DNA from: Raillietiella orientalis
Taxonomy: Eukaryota
Direction: 5' to 3'
Assembly (NCBI GenBank): GCA_036172245.1
Contig: JAYWIR010000083.1
Coordinates: forward strand, 186,001 to 250,000
DNA: 64,000 nucleotides
The translations under genes were made by a program, and so were the position numbers. The notes under the pieces are model-generated. The model saw only the letters and a list, made by a program, of their open reading frames with translations, was not told where the DNA came from and made no database searches. Below are positions 50,101 through 62,100 of the stretch, piece by piece; the stretch's first letter is position 1, and each line of letters opens with the position of its first letter.

Positions 50101-53100
50101 TTTGCTGAAGGCATGGCGGCTACCACTTTTCAACGTGTCGTTGGTGCCTTTGCATCCCACGCGGCTCTCTGCTAGGTTTTGGTCCCTGTGCGGGCCCAGT
50201 TTCTCTTCTCACCAAGAGAGGAGACGTAGGCCTAGCTTCCCTTCTTGCAGAAACTCCGATCTCATTCTCAAAACCTGAGCGGCGAGATACATCCCCGTTG
50301 TTAATGACTCCGGCCTCCAGAATGGCGAGAGCAAACGAGCAAGTGCTTGCCTGCTTCTGCGTGCGTTCTTGTCTTTCATGATGCTCCCATGTATGCTCCT
50401 TTCGTTCTGAGCCCCAAATTTCTCGAGTCTCCTCCGGCGAAGCTCCACCTGTCCCATCCATGAATGAAAGGACTACTGCTGCGATCGACACGGATGTAGC
50501 TTTCAAGAAACCTGAGATCTTTCGCACTTTTCAGATGAACATAGTGTTCTTGGCAAACATTGTTCGAATCCTCCTGGGAAAGCTGCAGAGCTCCAATGTT
50601 AAGGAACCGGCATATTATCGGTGAGTAGCAACATCTTACTTCTCGATGGAATGCTTGATTTACGGAATGCTTGGTTACGGGAGGAATTTTTACATCCTTT
50701 CATCGGTGATGCTGATGCAGAGTTTTTTTTTTTTTTTTCATTTTGCCCTGAACGTAGTGTCACAATCTGGGATGCAGCGGGCCCGTCCATCAGTCATGCA
50801 TTCTTTTTACTGTTTTAATGGGATCGTAAACGACTCAGATCACGTGTTGCAACCCTGGTGAGCCAGTGTGCACCCGCTGAACTCTTCCCGGAGGCCACAA
50901 AGTAAATCTTCTGGTTTATAGTGTCATTGTAGGAGATCCCCTCAGAAGATGCTTCGATGGAGCGATTTCTAATCCTGCTAGAAAGAGGGGCGGAGAAGCA
51001 TCTAACTCGGACTCTATGCCCTTCCATCTCTTTCCCCAAACCGCAAACTCATGTTTCGAAATTCCCAAAAAGTTGCTTTAGATATTCCTGTCTCAGCGCT
51101 GCTGAAACGAAAGGTCGTTCAAACCGCGCCACACGGTTCGAAGGAGCACGTCTTTGACTTTGCCGGGGTTTCGCTTTGGAGTGTGTATTCGTCGGAATGG
51201 AATGCATCTCACTCACATTTCCCGTCACCATTTTTTGAATTTTTTTGAATTTTCTCCGTAGCAGATTAGGATGGTGGATTTCCGTTTCCAGCTTTCCTGC
51301 GGTGTGCATTCGACGTACCTATCAGGAAATAATCGTGTTTTGTATTCTGTTTGAAAATGAAAATATTTTGAGACATTGGAATCGCTAAGAATCATTCAAA
51401 AGTGGTTGTAAGAATTTCGTGAATTACGAAGATCTCCGGTTTAGAGACCGGGTATCAATGTTGGTACATTTTCAGCCGTTCGAGCGCTAATACCCTAAAG
51501 CTCATGTCTGTTTGGGGAGCGTGTTGTCAGTTCATTCCACAGAGCAAGTAAACAAGAGGTGAGCGGTCCCGATTCCGAGGCTGCGGTTATTTGGCTTCAG
51601 TCAATTCGACTTGCCTTTACGCGTCTGAACTTTGCAATCCGCAGCGCTGCGCAAAGGCAGTGTCATGCTGTTGCGTTCGCAAAAATTCTCCTCTCATACG
51701 AAAACTTGAAAAAATGCGACGTTATCGTTAAATACCTTGGTTTGAGAAAGCAAACTTCCTATGCATACTCGTTAGAAGTAGCGATGATGGCAGTTTTCCG
51801 TGCTAACAATTGTTCGTTGTTGACAATTGTTCATTGTTGACAATTGTTCATTGTTGACAACAATCCGTGGGGATCGCAATTTGTCAGTATCGCGTGCTAT
51901 ATGCAGGCATGTTGTGTGTTTTCTGAGGGTAAATATCCTTAGTAAAGTCGTAATTCTTTGCCAAGGGTACTTCTCGCAAAAGCATGAGGATCGGTTTGAC
52001 TAATCTCAAGGTCCCGCGAAGGAAAGTACCTTTTTCCTCTCTCGGAGTGCTGTGCTTCCGTTCCACTCTCAAGAGTTTGGCAAATCAAAGAGCGTTTGCC
52101 CACCTGCAGAAGGGACGGTTTGATGGTATGGAGCACCAATGTGTGTAGTCTCGATTCTTCTTGACGAAGACGACGGCGGTAGCAAAGTTGCATACTTCAT
52201 TGGCCTCATTCTTTTCACCGGAAAATTCGGGCAGCTGTCTGCTGACTGCAGTGACTGCTTGCATCGGTATTGTCTGGTGTGGCAGAACGGATTAGTGTGA
52301 ATCTCATTTTCTTCCGGTGGCGAAGAGTCGAAATCTGTTTTGATCACTGCAGAGAGGAACACGTAGGTTGAAACACCTAGGGCTTGCTTGATCTCTGCTG
52401 CTCTTCAGTTGGATTGTACGGTTGCTTTTCTTTTATTATTATTATTATTAAGGTTTCCTTTTCAATAGCATTTCATATTTGGTGAGTTTTGCATTTCATT
52501 GAGGGATCCTGAATTAAAAAATATTGGAAATTCAGGGATAAAATAATAATAATGCTGGCATGACGAGCGTACATTGCCATAATAACCAGAAAGCATCAGA
52601 GGTAACCTAAATCTAAGAAACAGCTCATAAGGTTGCACGAGGGTGACAAACATGCCTTTCAAGGGCACGCATTATTTATTGTTTTGTTTTGCATGAATTA
52701 GTAGCACACGTCAGGGTAACATTTGAGAAACAGGCAAGAGAGGGTGCCGCGCTCAATGAGAGTTCATGAGAAAGAAGGCAAGGGAACGCTTAGGAAGTGG
52801 ATATTTTGCTGGTTTTAGGGGCAGTGCAGTTTCCCAGAGAATTGGGTTTCCGAGCCATAAAGAAGTTTGCAAGCAGGCGAGATTTCACCACTCTTCACGC
52901 CACCTGCAAACGTGGATTGCGTGTCGTTTGCCCAGTGAGCGTTCTCGATGCTTGTTGCACGACTAGCCCCGTGATGCTATGACACCCGACACCGTTTCTT
53001 CCTCGGGCGTTTTTCGTCTTAGAGCATCGCGATGAGCGCGCGCGCGCAAAAAAACAAAAAACAAATACGTATTTCCTTTTTTGCTTGCGTTTTTCCTGGA

Positions 53101-56100
53101 AGATTCGCAGCACTTTCGTTTCGAGAATTTCCTCCCCGTGTTGGTGGGGAACGAAGTTTCCAGTCTTGGCGTTCGTTGCGATGGCAGCAACACCTCCTCT
53201 TTCTGATGATGGTCTGGCTAATCAGTGCCGTAGGTAGATCTGTAGGGTGCGTCTCGGAAAGGATAGGGCATCGCTTCCTGTTATTATTGTTTTTCTGGAA
53301 TAGCATGAAGCTGAAAGTGCTCTTAAGGCATGCAATGTTCTCATATTACATGAATTCTTAACATGGCTGTGACGTACGAACTTTCGTGATTGAATAAGCA
53401 ATGACCAGAGAATGAGAAAAGTAATGACTCCGATGTGGAAGTGTTCACGGGATAATGCGTGCCGCAGACTTCCGCTGATGGCGGAGCAGCCTTTTGTTAG
53501 AAGAGAGATCGGCACGGTCGTCAGCGGTCGTGCTGCAAAGAGAGAAGTCGCGCCCAGCCACCACGCCCGTGCAACCACTGCTGGTGCCAGATGCAGCCGA
53601 AGCTGCCCACGTGCTTGCTGTGGACGCGGAGCGTTAACGACCAGCAACGGCGACGACGCCCGTCTCGCCTCCTCCGGGACGCAAGGAATCGCATACCGTC
53701 ACGGAGGGGAAACGCGCGTTGCCTCGCAACCCGATGACATCCCGTTTCGCGCATACCACGAATCCAAGGAGGCGGGCGAAGTGCCTTCGCCTCCCTCCCC
53801 CCCCCTGCTCGTTCGTTGCTCGTCTTGAGGAATCGAAAGGTTTCCTCCTCCCGGGAATGTGCTTTCCCAATTCCCATGGTGCTGCTCTCCAGCGATCTGC
53901 TGTGACCGAGAAATAGTTTACTCCCGCATCAACGAATCCCAAGAAATACTGCTCACGTCCATTTGGAGATTGTCGAGACGGAATTGAGGCGTGCCTTTAG
54001 TGCATCTATAAGGCTCCCGAGTGCGCAATCAAAGTTTCCCCGTTTTTGTTCAAATTTTCCCGGAATTTCCGGTGAACGCCTAACAGAAGATGCCAAAGAC
54101 GAGTGATTGCGGTCTGTTTAACTAAAGCCTCAAGCGGATTCCGATGCCCGTTCGGGGGGCGAGCCTTATCCGTGGAGATCATTTGATCTGTAGTCTCCTC
54201 AGACCATAGACTGCACTTCGTTCCTCGCCAGTGCCTCCCTTTCCCGCACTCTGCACGCCACCGGGACCGAGAGATTTCGTTTGTCTAAAAGCAAACACTG
54301 CCTCTCTGTAAACAGCAAGCTAGAAGAGGATTTCTGCAAAGAGTACCAGTCGCTTCCTCGGAAATCGAATCGCCGCACGCACTGTCTGCACGCCACGCAT
54401 CTGGGACAACAACCCTTTTTTAATTGAGGGTTTGTCGAGTCCCAACTGATCCTCTTTGCACAGTTGAGCCTCATATGTGCAACAAAATCGGCTGTTTGCG
54501 ATGCTCTTGTAATTGATCCACCGTAAAGGAATCCACGTACTCGTGGAACTTTTCGAACTCATTCATAGATGTCGCCTGCACTCCTCACTCTGGAGTTCTT
54601 GTCCATTTTTGCACCTTTTCCGTAAAAGGGGAAGATGGCCAATGCATCCATGGACCGTGCGTTTCTTCTATTGAAAAAAGAAAAAAAAAGAAAAAGCAAG
54701 TCGGGCATCGGAAGAGTAGCGCTTGTGCTTCGTCCATCCTCACCCTCTAGCCAACCCTCCTGCAACAACGAGGCCGATTTCCATGAGGTTTATGGTTAAA
54801 AGCACCTGTTCTGTTTGGGACCGGAAAAGAGGGAGGTCCTGACGAGGTGGGAGGTTGTTGTTGGAAGCAACCCTCCTTAACCTTCATCCTCTTTTCCTTT
54901 GCAAATGTTCGTGGCCACCTGCGTCTGCCTGTTTGTCTTGGCAGGAAGCTGCTCCTTCCTCTTACCTAGGACCAGTTGGGAGTTCTTGGTAGTTTCATGG
55001 GATTTCCCCAGAATTCCGCCAATTGCAAAACATATGAAAGGCGGAGGAAGGGGGAACGCACCGTGCAGTACGGGATTTTGCCCGATCTTCCTCGTGTGTG
55101 TAGTATCCCCTACGCCGATGTTTGAGAGCGATCTCTGGACCTTTGCATGCCTCCTGCGGGCGTGATTTGTTAACGTTTCCGGTCACGTGCCGTCCTTGTC
55201 CGGAATCCTGTGGTCGTAGCAGCGGGAGCCGCCTCCCGGTGGCACCTTGTCTCTCCCACAAGACAGTCTTCGCGGAAACTTTCGGCCACTTCCTCCCCCT
55301 CTCGCTCCACCGGCGTCCCTCGTGGCGTCTGCAGCATTCCTCTTTTCCGAAAGTCGAAGGGAACCACGTGACGGAGTAGGACGTAATTCTGGTCTGGCCG
55401 TTGGCCTTCTCTCTGGATCCTCGCATCTCCTGGAGCAGCGCCGAGGATCCAGGCTAAGCTCCAAAGGGCGCGTAAAGGGCAGTTTGCCATAACCCTTCCC
55501 TCCCTGCGAAGTGGGTACCACTCTTTCGCGCCTTCTCCTGTCCAGCACTTTCTCTCACGCCCTCGGACCTCCTCCCGACTCGGTTGGAGCCTCGAAGGCG
55601 CTGTTCACTGTGACATTCACCAGGGACTACACGGAATGCCCTCCCTGGCTTTCTTGTCTCGAGACCAGTGACCTCGTCACTGCAGCCTACGGGGCAAGGT
55701 CAGAAAGACGCCTGCGAGCTCTCGCTCTCTTGAAACGATTTCCGGCCCTCCCTGACCGGTGCTCTGTCGGTGCTCCTCTCCTCCAAGAGATGTGGGGAAG
55801 ATTCCGGACCGCGGAGCGACTCCAAGTGCTTGACCCTCAGGCATCCCGTTTCAGCAAGGCGCTGCGGGCCATCCTGCTGCTGGTGCCCCTCTTCGGTGTT
55901 CACTTCATCGTCACCATCTACCGGCCCCCGTCCGGTATCTGCGAGGGTTTCGAGATCTACTACTACATCAGCATTCTCATGGACGGCTTGCAGGGATGCC
56001 TGGTCGCGTTGCTGTTCTGCTACTGCAACGGGGAGGTAGGACGGCCTTCCTGTTCCCTCCTTTTCTTTCGTGCTTTCTCGCTCGCGCTCCCGGCACCTGC

Positions 56101-59100
56101 CGAGCCGTCGCGGTCCTACCCCTGGGTGACCGTGAGATTTGACCTTGGGTAACCGACCTTCTGCATGCAGAAAAGGTCTTTTGCGAAAGGCACTCGTCCG
56201 CCCACGCATGTTGGAAGTAGAAGTGAGCAATGGCGATGGAGGGCCTCGATCGACCTTCAGCTCTTCTTGGAAATTCAGAGGGGAGGGCTCGGACAACCGC
56301 CCTCCGCTTCCCTTTGTTGCTTTTTGTCGTTTTCGTTGTCACCCTGTCGGGGGCTCCCGAAGATACGTTGCCTTTCCGTCCTCAGAAAGTCATCCACTCC
56401 TCGGTCGCCGTTGCTTTGCGGATCTCACTTGTCCACCCCACTCGCTTTGCCCATCGACCCGACAGGACTCCCGACGCCGCTGGCTCGTGTGACCCCTGGC
56501 CAGCATCAGTACAGTGCACCGAAGCTCCGCACAGCACGGCTGCAACTCTCCTCCCCGCGCGGTCGCCATCGGCATGGGATGAGGGGCGAAGTGTTTCCCC
56601 GTGCATCTTTTCGTGGGACCGAGGAGACGAAAACCTTTCGTAGCTCTTGGAGGCGGTCGAACCCAAGGAAGGGACACCACCGGGAGCTACCTCCGAGCTT
56701 CTGGAAAACTCTCTCCCGGCACCGACGTTTTTCGAGCACTTCACGCAGATCACGTGGGCGTCCGGCTATCGAGACCTGCCGTCGGGGTCGACTCTTCCTC
56801 GTGGGAAACCCCGGCATTCGAGACTGCTCCCTGGAGGAGCCGGTTGTGACCCAAGCTTCCTTTAGCTGCGATGGCTGCTCACGAACGCTTCTCTTCCCCC
56901 TGTGAGCCTTCGGACTCTATTACAGGATCACGTGCGGCCCTGGAAATCCTGCGCTCAGAGATCCTTCGCTTCGCTTTCGTCCAGGGCCTCCCGGGGGAGT
57001 GAAATTCTACCGTCTTCCGTGGGGCTCGCAGCATCAGGAACCCAATTCTCACCGGAGCTCGGATTGGTCGGTTCGAACTGCGCGGGTGGAGGCATTGTTG
57101 AGGTATTTTTAGAAGCAGCCTGCCGTGGAAAGCTGGCTTCCTGTAACGGAGCAAAAATTGAGGAAACGCTGCCGGACAGTCTCCGTCCGTTCGAAGGCCG
57201 TCGGAGGGAGGGACGCCACAGCCGTTCTTCGGGAACAGCTCCGTCGGAACGCTCCCTGTTCTGGCTCACTCCGGAGAACGGGGCGAGGAGCGTTTCTCGA
57301 ATGCGCGTCACCGGCGATGACGGAAGTTTCGGCAAAGTGCCCGGGGCGGTGCCGCGCAGGTGCAAGGAGACGGATGCTTCCCTCCCCCCTCCCCCCCCTT
57401 TTGTCCGCTGTGCCTAAGTGTTCTTCCAAAAGTCGTGCTTCCTCGTACCCTTCCAGCGTCGTGCGAACCAAGCATCGCCTGGAAAGCGGCCAGCGAACTA
57501 GGACCCAGGGTCCTAGTCCGGCGCCCACCTCCTGCGGCAATGGCGGTGACCGATTGCGAGGATGGTTCGCTTGCGGCGAACGTAGCAGTGCCGCTCGCAG
57601 CCAGCCGCTTCAAAATTAGGGGTGTAGCAAGGGATGAGTCAGGGTTTACCTTCGTCGATACCTCCGGAGCGAGATCAGCTCTGCCAAGCGCGCTCGCCTT
57701 CCCGCTGCCACTCCAGCATGCACGTTCCAACCGTGGAACGACTTGGCGATGGTTTTGGCGAGGGGCAATCCTGCGCATCTCTCATCTACGGGGAAGCTGC
57801 TTTCGGACTGCATTTTGCACAAGTGTGCTTCAAGGACCAGATCTCGTGCTTCGCTGCGACTCACCGCTCCCTGGTGGTCGATTTTCGAAACTCGCGGCTC
57901 CTCCCTCGACGGAGTAAAAGCCACTGGGATAACAAGAGCCCCTTGTTTTCCTCAAGGGCCGCGCTCCGCTGACTTTGAGAACGGCCAAACCCCAGAACAC
58001 GCCGCTGCCAATGTCTGCAGCCGTGCTGGAAATTCGCATCTCTTCCGAAGACATCGTCCACTTCGGAATGAACAGCGTAGGGAAGAGATGATGCCCTTTC
58101 CTGCTCCTCCTACTCCTCTTTTTTGGTTTTGTTTTCGTTGTTGTTGCTGCTGCCGTTTCGTTTTCCCCCCTCAAATGTATGCGCGTCTTTCGCAGAGAGC
58201 TGTTTGCTCCAGAAGTTCCTCTTTTATTAAAGATTCCGCTGGAATGCAGATTAGTTCTGAATAATTCGGGAGACCGCTCCCCGCAAAAATTTCTACGGAC
58301 GATATATCAGAATGTTATGAGCTTGACAAGCGAACGGGGTCGAGAACTTTCCGGCACCCAAGCTGCTGCCTCCTGGCAAAGCGTTGAAGCCGTTAGGCAT
58401 CTCTTAGGCATGCCTAACGATTTCAACTGCTGTCGCTTGTACACATCGGGTCCGCCTCCAGCACGTGCGTTGTCAAGCGTCATTTTCTTCCTTCCTTTTT
58501 TTTTTTTGTTTGATGAGGACTTGACGCTCATCCTCCTTATCTTTGGTGGAAGACTGCATCAGTACTGGCGGACGGAAGTCCTTGGGAATCTTTGCCTGCC
58601 TTGGCAACCTCACCATTGTCTCACGCTATCCCAAAGGTTTTTCAAAAGACGCGTTCCCGCATTCTTAACATCTGAAGGAAGCGCGGCCTCTGGCTGCGCT
58701 TTCGTGCGTACGTAACGAGAGGGGAAGACGAGACTTTTCAAGGGAACAGCAATCTTCGGAGCGACTCAAAGCGTGTCTGTGGACCGGGTTGTGGCAGTCG
58801 GACGAGGGTAAAAGCATCCTTCCGTCGGTTCGCAGTCTCTGGGACCACCCCGAGCTGCGAACCATCCTGAGACGTGGCTGACCTCCGTGCGTTCTCTCCC
58901 GTTCGGCCTTTTCTTTCTCTGTGGGCAGCTGCGACCCTGCTGGTCCAAGAAGTTCCCTTTGTTATCGACTGTTGCAGATCTCTTTATTCGCTTATCAGCA
59001 GAATTTTATCTTCAGCCTCAGATGCTGGCGAGAGTTGAGTCCTTTCAAAGTCGAGTCACGAGTAGCCATCGCGGTCTCTTCGCATTATCGTTCGAATGTG

Positions 59101-62100
59101 GGTGGTGGTGGTCATTTCCAAAGGAGCGGGGCCCTCTCTCCACCTGGCTGAGACGTTCGGCACCTGCGCTGCACCACTCGGGTTTCGTTTCAGTTCCTGC
59201 GAGAGTATAGACGCAGAGCTATGAGAGGTCTCTACCGCCAGTCCCCTCGGGGACTGCCGTGGCGCGATGTAGATGCCGAAATTTGAAATCGTGCCGCAGA
59301 CGAAGATGCCGGCAGGTCGAGGATATGACGGAGGAGCGTTCGAGGCGCCTCTTCCCTCCTGCTCTTCCGGAGAGCTCCACGCAATAAATGCCCAGCGGAA
59401 GGAACTCGCTTCCGAAGAGGATCAAGAACGGAACGGTACCTCTGACGAGATTGCCTCCTGGGTTTCGAGAGATAACAGGATGGAGCGCGCTCAGCACGTG
59501 TCCCGGTGTGCTACAGCATCCGGGATTGCCTGGACACGGTGGATTTTCTCCGTCTTCGTATTCTCTTCATCTTTCCGCGGTGTTCCCACTGCTTGGAGAT
59601 GCACAAACCATGGTCGCGACTGCTGAGGCGAAGACGTCGCTGCTGCTTCAGGCAGGGTTCGCGGACTCCTCCTTGACCGTGCGGCCCTACAAGCTTGGAT
59701 GGCGACGAAGGATGCCACGAACCCTGCCTGAAGCAGCAGCGACGTCTTCGCCTCAGCAGTCGCGACCATGGTTTGTGCATCTCCCAGCAGTGGGAACACC
59801 GCGGAAAGATGAAGTTCCCGTTCCGGCAGAGAGGGACGCGATGAAGTGTCCCGCCGACCTGGAGTTCGAGTCGGCGCCTCCGCTTTAGGGGATATCGAAG
59901 ACGAACACGAGTCCCCTCATCACGTGCACCCAAGACCTGCCTCTCCGATGGTCTCTCCGCGAACCGGCCACAGCAGCGCGCTCTCGGTATGCGCGCGACC
60001 TTTGACCCACGTCTCGGGTTTCTTCTTTTCCTCTCGCAGTTCCGAACGCGTTTTCCCCTTCCCCAAAAGGACGCGAACCTCTTCCGGGGCGAAGATGCAC
60101 TGTTCCGCAAGGCCGGCTGTGGGAGCGGCGGAGAGTCCGTGGTTTCGAGGTGCGACTCCCCGTCTCCCGGACGTTGCACTCCTTGGGCCGTGCAGTTTAG
60201 TTCCCATGGGCAAAGGGAGACGAGAATTCCTTACTCGATGATTCGAACAATATGAGAGGCCTCGTATCCCGAACTTCCCTCCGTTATCTCCTGCTATACC
60301 GCCAGATTCTCCAGATTCCTCTTCTTCCCTCGGGATTCCTCACGCTGGAAGCAGGGGAGCCAAGAGACCGCCGATCGCGCGCGGCGAGATAGCGTCATCA
60401 AATCGTTCTCTCTCTCCGCTACTCCGCTTGCAAGCGCGAGGGTTCTGGCAGCGTCACCATAATGGCAGGAAAAGATCCGTGGGGCCGCGAGAGGGACGAC
60501 AATCCCTCGTTACGGGATTCGGGGAACTTCCACGAGATGCCGCCACCTCCCCGAGAGCTACCGACGCGCGCGCCATCTGCCTCCACTTGACTCCGCCTTG
60601 ACCACCACCCACGGTGTTCTCTGTGCCCCTTTTCTTTCCGATCCGGTTTCCGCCAGCTCACGAGAAGCTCGGGAGCGGAGGCTCTCTCGCGTGGGCGTCC
60701 AGAGAGCCGAGTCGCTGCGCCGTGATACGAAGTTAGTCTTCTTGAGGACCGGCCCAGTTCAGAGCTTACTTCACCTGGAGGTTTTCAGGGAAGAAACCGT
60801 TTTGCGGCCTCAAGATGTGCGCGTGCTACTGGCCGATGAGACGAATGGAGCCATCTCCCTGCCCTCGCAGCTTTTCGCCTACCCCCCATTCTCTTTCGGT
60901 TTCGGCTGAACTTTCACCCCAGCAAGAATGGAATGCATTTCGGGCACAGCAGTTGCTTCCTTCGCGCGAGATCCCCGGTGGCAGCGGGGAAAAGTCCCCG
61001 AACAGGGCCTTCCGGTCTACGAATGGGCGCCACGAAATTCGCCTGACTGTCTTGGCGGCAGCAGGAAACTCTCCAGAGAGGCTGAGATTCCATGGCAGAT
61101 TCCTGTCAGCTGCCCGTGGCGGACTGCATGCACTCGGCAGTCCGCGGGCGGCTCCACCACCACCGCCACTTGGTCAGCTCAATCCTGGCAGGATCTCCGC
61201 GCGCTCTGGGGGGGAACACAGGACTCTGAATCCAAGACGTCTGGTCTTCGATGGTTTCTTCGCACCTGCCTGCTAAGGGGCTGCTGTCCGCAAATGCTGA
61301 ATCTCTCAGACGTCCCTGGAAGAGCTCGAAGCCTCAAGACAATCGATGCGACTGCTGCTGCTCTCGTGTTCTGTCCCATTCATGGGTCACGGTTATCGAT
61401 CGCTTGACCATCGTCTCTATAGCAGCACCAAATCTTGGCCTATGCGAAGAGTTGGAATTCCCTAACTGACTGCTATCGTGCTCCCATTTTACCGTCCGGG
61501 AGATCTAGAGAAAACCTCTTCATGGGGAGAGGAAGAGTGAAAAATGGAGTCTTCCGCGTCCTCTGTGCTCGGTGACGATAAACGGAGGAAAGAGGGGTTC
61601 TCCATAGTAACCTCCCTTGCATCGGTGGGCAGCAGCTTTTTTCACCGGAAGGCGTCGACTGCAAGGACGTTCCTCTGAGTCGTCCGAAGTCGTTCCTTCG
61701 GCTTCCGAGGGTCACCGATGTGGCTCGAAAGCATTCTCTTTTTCTTCTTCTCCGTCTCCCGCACCTCTCCTCCGTCTTTGAGATCCATTTTTCCGGCACT
61801 CCAGCTGTTCTTGATGACCGCTGGGAAAGGTGCACGCGAGCGGAGATGCGGGAGCGGTTGCGAGAGATGGCGGTGGATGAGTGGCTTTGGCTGTTGGCGG
61901 CACGAAAGATTAGAGTGGGAACAGAAGAGTGTTGTGCCTCTAGGGCTGCTGTACTGCAAGAGACGCACGTCGACGAGAGCCCCTTTCTTTTCCGATGTCA
62001 GGAGTCACATGACATTCCCCGTGCCTGCTGTCTCAGACGGCTGCGGATCCAGGCTGCCTCAAGCCCGAAGCGAAGATGGCTAACAGAGTGCTCTCTGTTT

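Noticed and set aside
55414..55453. 11-bp inverted repeat CTGGATCCTCG/CGAGGATCCAG
   Set aside because: Short and plausible by chance or from TE decay; no supporting context.
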